From assembly GCA_964187785.1 (NCBI GenBank), contig OZ076409.1:93126001-93190000 (forward strand): a DNA stretch of 64,000 bases. Reading direction: 5' to 3'. A model generated the notes under the pieces. That model did no database searches. It was not told where the DNA came from and was given only the letters and a program-made list of their open reading frames with translations. Source of the stretch: Amphiscolops sp. MND2022 (lineage: Eukaryota). Numbering within the stretch: position 1 is the stretch's first letter; each line of letters starts with the position of its first letter. This document shows positions 60,357 to 64,000 of this stretch, one piece after another. A program made the position numbers and the translations under genes.

Positions 60357-63300
60357 ACATATATGCCTATTGCCGGCGAGCTCTTGGCGGCTAGTTTTTC
60401 TGGAAGTTTTTCAAGTGAAATCTTTTCATATTAAGTTTAATGGTTTTGTTGTTTCTTGGACGAGTTTCCTATAAGTATACACTAAGTAGTATCCTAGTAT
60501 CGGAAAAGGCGCCGACTCGGAAAAACAGGTCTGCTTATTTGGCGGCGTCCATACCGCGGAATTGGGAAAATAACCTTTCTTCTTCTGAAGATCATATGTT
60601 TTTAAAAACACTTCTGCACGCAAATCTGCTGTGGAAGTTTATAAGCGTTGTTCTTCGAGTCAACAATGCTCTTAGTTTCAAGCATCGAAAGAGTACGAAA
60701 TATTGTGTAACGACCAGCTTCGAAAACGAAGCAAAGGCGGAGCTTAAGGGATGGGAATTGATACACGGAATAGAGCCTTGAAGTACTAAAAACAGAAATT
60801 TTCTTCTCAGTGTACTAACGTTGGGGCTCTCTTGAATATTCACCCTAGTCTGTATTTGCTAGACAGGACGGGCAAACAAAGCCATAAAGCAACCACCTGA
60901 CGCCTTGAAACACGTAGGAGGGGAAAAAGAAATGGTTGCTAAAATCTAGAATTTTCACACTTCGAGGTGTTCACAAGAGGATTGGCTCTAATGGTCCGAA
61001 TACAATAGGCAATAGATACATTCGATGGTCACAGATTTCGGATTTACGAGCAGTGTTACGTGGTGAAATAAAGCTCTTTCAACACTCGTGTTTTAAAGAG
61101 ACAAGTGAAATCAGTATGTGTTTCGAGGAAACAAATACAGTGGCGTGAAGAAGGAATGCGACTCAGTTGCTCAAAAAGGCTAATTTTGCAGTCTCATATC
61201 TCCAAAACTATTCAACATGGTTCGATTTGGTAAAAACAAAAGTTTCTTGAATTTTTGCTATGAATACAATAATTTTTGTTTGAAAATTCAACCATCATTG
61301 TTTCCGAAGTTAGAAACATGTGATTTTGGGAGGAAAATATTTAAAACTGCTAATTTTTGAGAAAATATCAGTGATCCAGTAAATATTTTTTGATAAATTT
61401 TGCCTTGCAGATACACTCGAATCTCTCGAAAATGAAGATGAAATTTGATTTTGGATATATTTGGAAACTGTATATTGGTGGGAGTTTTACCAAGTGAAGG
61501 TCTGAAATTCCTACCTTAATACATGTATTTCCAATTTTACTGAACGAAAAAGTGCTCCCGTTTTTGTTTTCTTCGTGATTTCCACAAACAAAAACTATCA
61601 TTGGATTGAGAAAAATCAGAGAAATTTTTTGGTGTAATTTTCATGTAAAAATTATCCCCGAAAGACAGAAAAGTATTGAAAATGCTGATTTTTGCGAGCA
61701 ATCGAGTCTCGTTAAACCAATGAGATTTAAGCAGCGAGGCTTTGTGGACCAATCAGATCAGAGAATTCTTTGCATTCTTAACAACTAAGTCGCATTCTTT
61801 CTTCACACCACTGTACACTGTTTCTACTTTAGATGAACAAAATTTCACGTTAGATGAATTCACCAATAAGATGTAATCGTTCCATTTACATGTCCCCGCT
61901 GATCGGTGTCAATTTGAATGAATAAATTTCATTTTAGATGAATCTGCGAGTGGCGATGATACTAAATACGCAACAAAATTTCAATTTAATTGAATGAAGT
62001 TCCATTTTAGATAAATTAATCACCAATTTCGAATAGCTCCTTCTTTCGCTGAGACTGAAAATTTGCTGCGTTTACCTTATGCAACTGCTGCTTGATTCCC
62101 GGCCTTTCATTTTATTCAAGTGAATTGTATTTTTATTCAATCAAAATGACAATTTGGTGTCTTTCTGTTTTAATTGCCTACCGAGTTTTGTTAGCATTCT
62201 TGTTTATTCAAATAAAATTAGCTTTCATTCAGCTAAATTGGAATTGTGATAGCATTGATTTATTTTAGTTGTCATTTGTGGAATTTAGAAGCACGACATT
62301 CAACTAAATTGAAATTTTGTTCATCTAAATAAGAAACGGTGTAAATGTGAATTCAGAACAGTACTTTGCAAAAGAGGCAAATTGTTTACAAATATGGCTG
62401 GCGAATAGACAAAATGTTCTAGAAAATTCATGTTGTTTACAAATATCGATTTCACAGGTGATGACTTCGTTTAATCAATATTCGATATCGCACACATTTT
62501 TCAACTTGTTTTTTTTGAAATGCCGGTTGTAAAAAGAGCAACCAGATATGCCTCATGTCACGTTAACATCCACACAAAACTACCGAAGCAAATTTCGTCA
62601 GACCAGAAATGTCGATCAATGGTTGTTTCGAATAGGTGTCGTATTTGTCGTATTTGTCGTACATTTAATTCCATTGGACAGAAAAATTGCAAATTGACTT
62701 TCACTTGGGCCTTTTTAAAAACAAATTCTATGTTTAGATTTGATATTCCAAAAATAAAACGTATTCCACAGAATTAAACGAAGAAAAATATTTTGTTCAC
62801 AATAAACGTATTTTTCAAGCTTTTTTATGATTACCCCAAAATGGGGTTCCAATTTTCAGACTTTTAAAACAAATTTTTGTTCCACTTCACTGTTATCTGT
62901 CAATATGAATGAATACACCACGAAAAAATCAATGAGCTGTTACCCTTACTTTCGAAACTGATAAATTTGATGAAAAATGCCAAAATGATTTTGGAAAATT
63001 TCAAATTGGATACCAAGTTGGAATTTTTTGAATTTATTGTTTTTGTTTCAATCGTTGTTAATAAGCGATTGGCTACGTTTGAACATGAATAGTTTGAAGT
63101 TGTTGCAGGGAAATTCCAGGCGGAAATATTCCGAGTGTCTAATTGATTTATATATGAATAGATGAAGTCGACCATGTGACATGAATGAATGGAACAATTT
63201 GAAAAAAAACATTAAATTGCTAAGATGTAATTTTTCGTAATAAACAATAATTCGACTTCATAGTAAATTTTCGTATTAAACAATACTCCGTTCAGCAGAA

Positions 63301-64000
63301 TGTTTGTTTTCATCATTTAATTGACCCATTCGAGCAAAAATTTTTGAAAAATAAACAAAAACTGTATACAACATATTTAAAACGTTTTACTTAATAAAAA
63401 TTGTATAATAAACAAGCTTATTTGTATACGAACTTGGAATGCTGCCAATAAACAATAAACGCAATTTCAAAATTGCTCACAGTCTTTTTATTGGCACTGC
63501 TTATTAGTGCATTGACGAAGAAACTGGGAGCTTGTGTTGAAAATGCAATTTATCATTGAAGATATCAATTTTTCTTGCAAGTAACATGAATATTCAGAAG
63601 CATTTTTTTATAGAAATCATTCTTAAATGAAATACAGGAATTGTGAAATGTGACATTCAAAATGAAAAACTTTAAAAAATTTTCAATCCAGAAGATTGTC
63701 ACAAGGGACGTGTCAGATTTTGGTTTATCGATAAATTACTCGCGATTAACAAGCGCTAAATAATTTCTAGATACTCAATCTCAAAGTGCTGAAATCTTTC
63801 CTAAGTATTAAGCAAGGAATCTTATCTAATGAGAAAGTTTCAGTACTTTGAGACAGAATCGATTTATTTTACAGGTGATAAAATTCTGATTAACAAAAGA
63901 AGTATGAGATCTTATAAAAACCGATTTGACATTTCGAGTTTGCATCAACGGGGTCTGTGATAGTGATTTGCTGAATAACTGCTCCCAATTACGGGAAAAT

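Larger units (their letters stand above)
36422..61401 (-). repeat. Right arm of the giant inverted duplication
   Basis: Colinear reverse complement of 1-36100, lacking the BEL element and 18171-20614 and carrying an extra insertion at 55872-56511. Confidence 0.97.

Noticed and set aside
61402..64000. Apparently unique tail with short ORFs
   Set aside because: AT-rich with no recognisable coding signal. Its mirror may lie upstream of the window, and 61710-61815 weakly resembles 200-265, suggesting repeat origin.

Overview
AT-rich, repeat-dense eukaryotic (probably animal) DNA with no confidently recognisable host gene. The dominant structure is a giant inverted duplication: 1-36100 is the reverse complement of 36422-61401, and the arms meet at a gap of exactly 200 N (36101-36300). 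The arms differ by scattered SNPs, microhomology deletions and transposon presence/absence. The most economical explanation is two allelic haplotypes scaffolded back-to-back, but a real palindrome cannot be excluded from sequence alone. Both arms carry the same decayed Ty3/Gypsy LTR retrotransposon (10110-15899 +, 45133-50931 -; TSD ATCAT). Only the left arm carries a near-intact BEL/Pao element (21951-30991 -; TSD TCTCC; empty site in the right arm) and a 2.4-kb solo-LTR-like element with an ORF that reads out through its end (18194-20560; TSD AACGT). Three families of short elements have Helentron/DINE-1-like (HINE) architecture, including one arm-specific and one nested insertion. There are also a hAT-type MITE, CCC-terminal elements packed with palindromic motifs and a 560-bp nested hairpin. 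A few possible host exons are visible at low confidence, one of them split by the BEL insertion. No rRNA, tRNA or CRISPR array was seen. All comparisons were made by eye.
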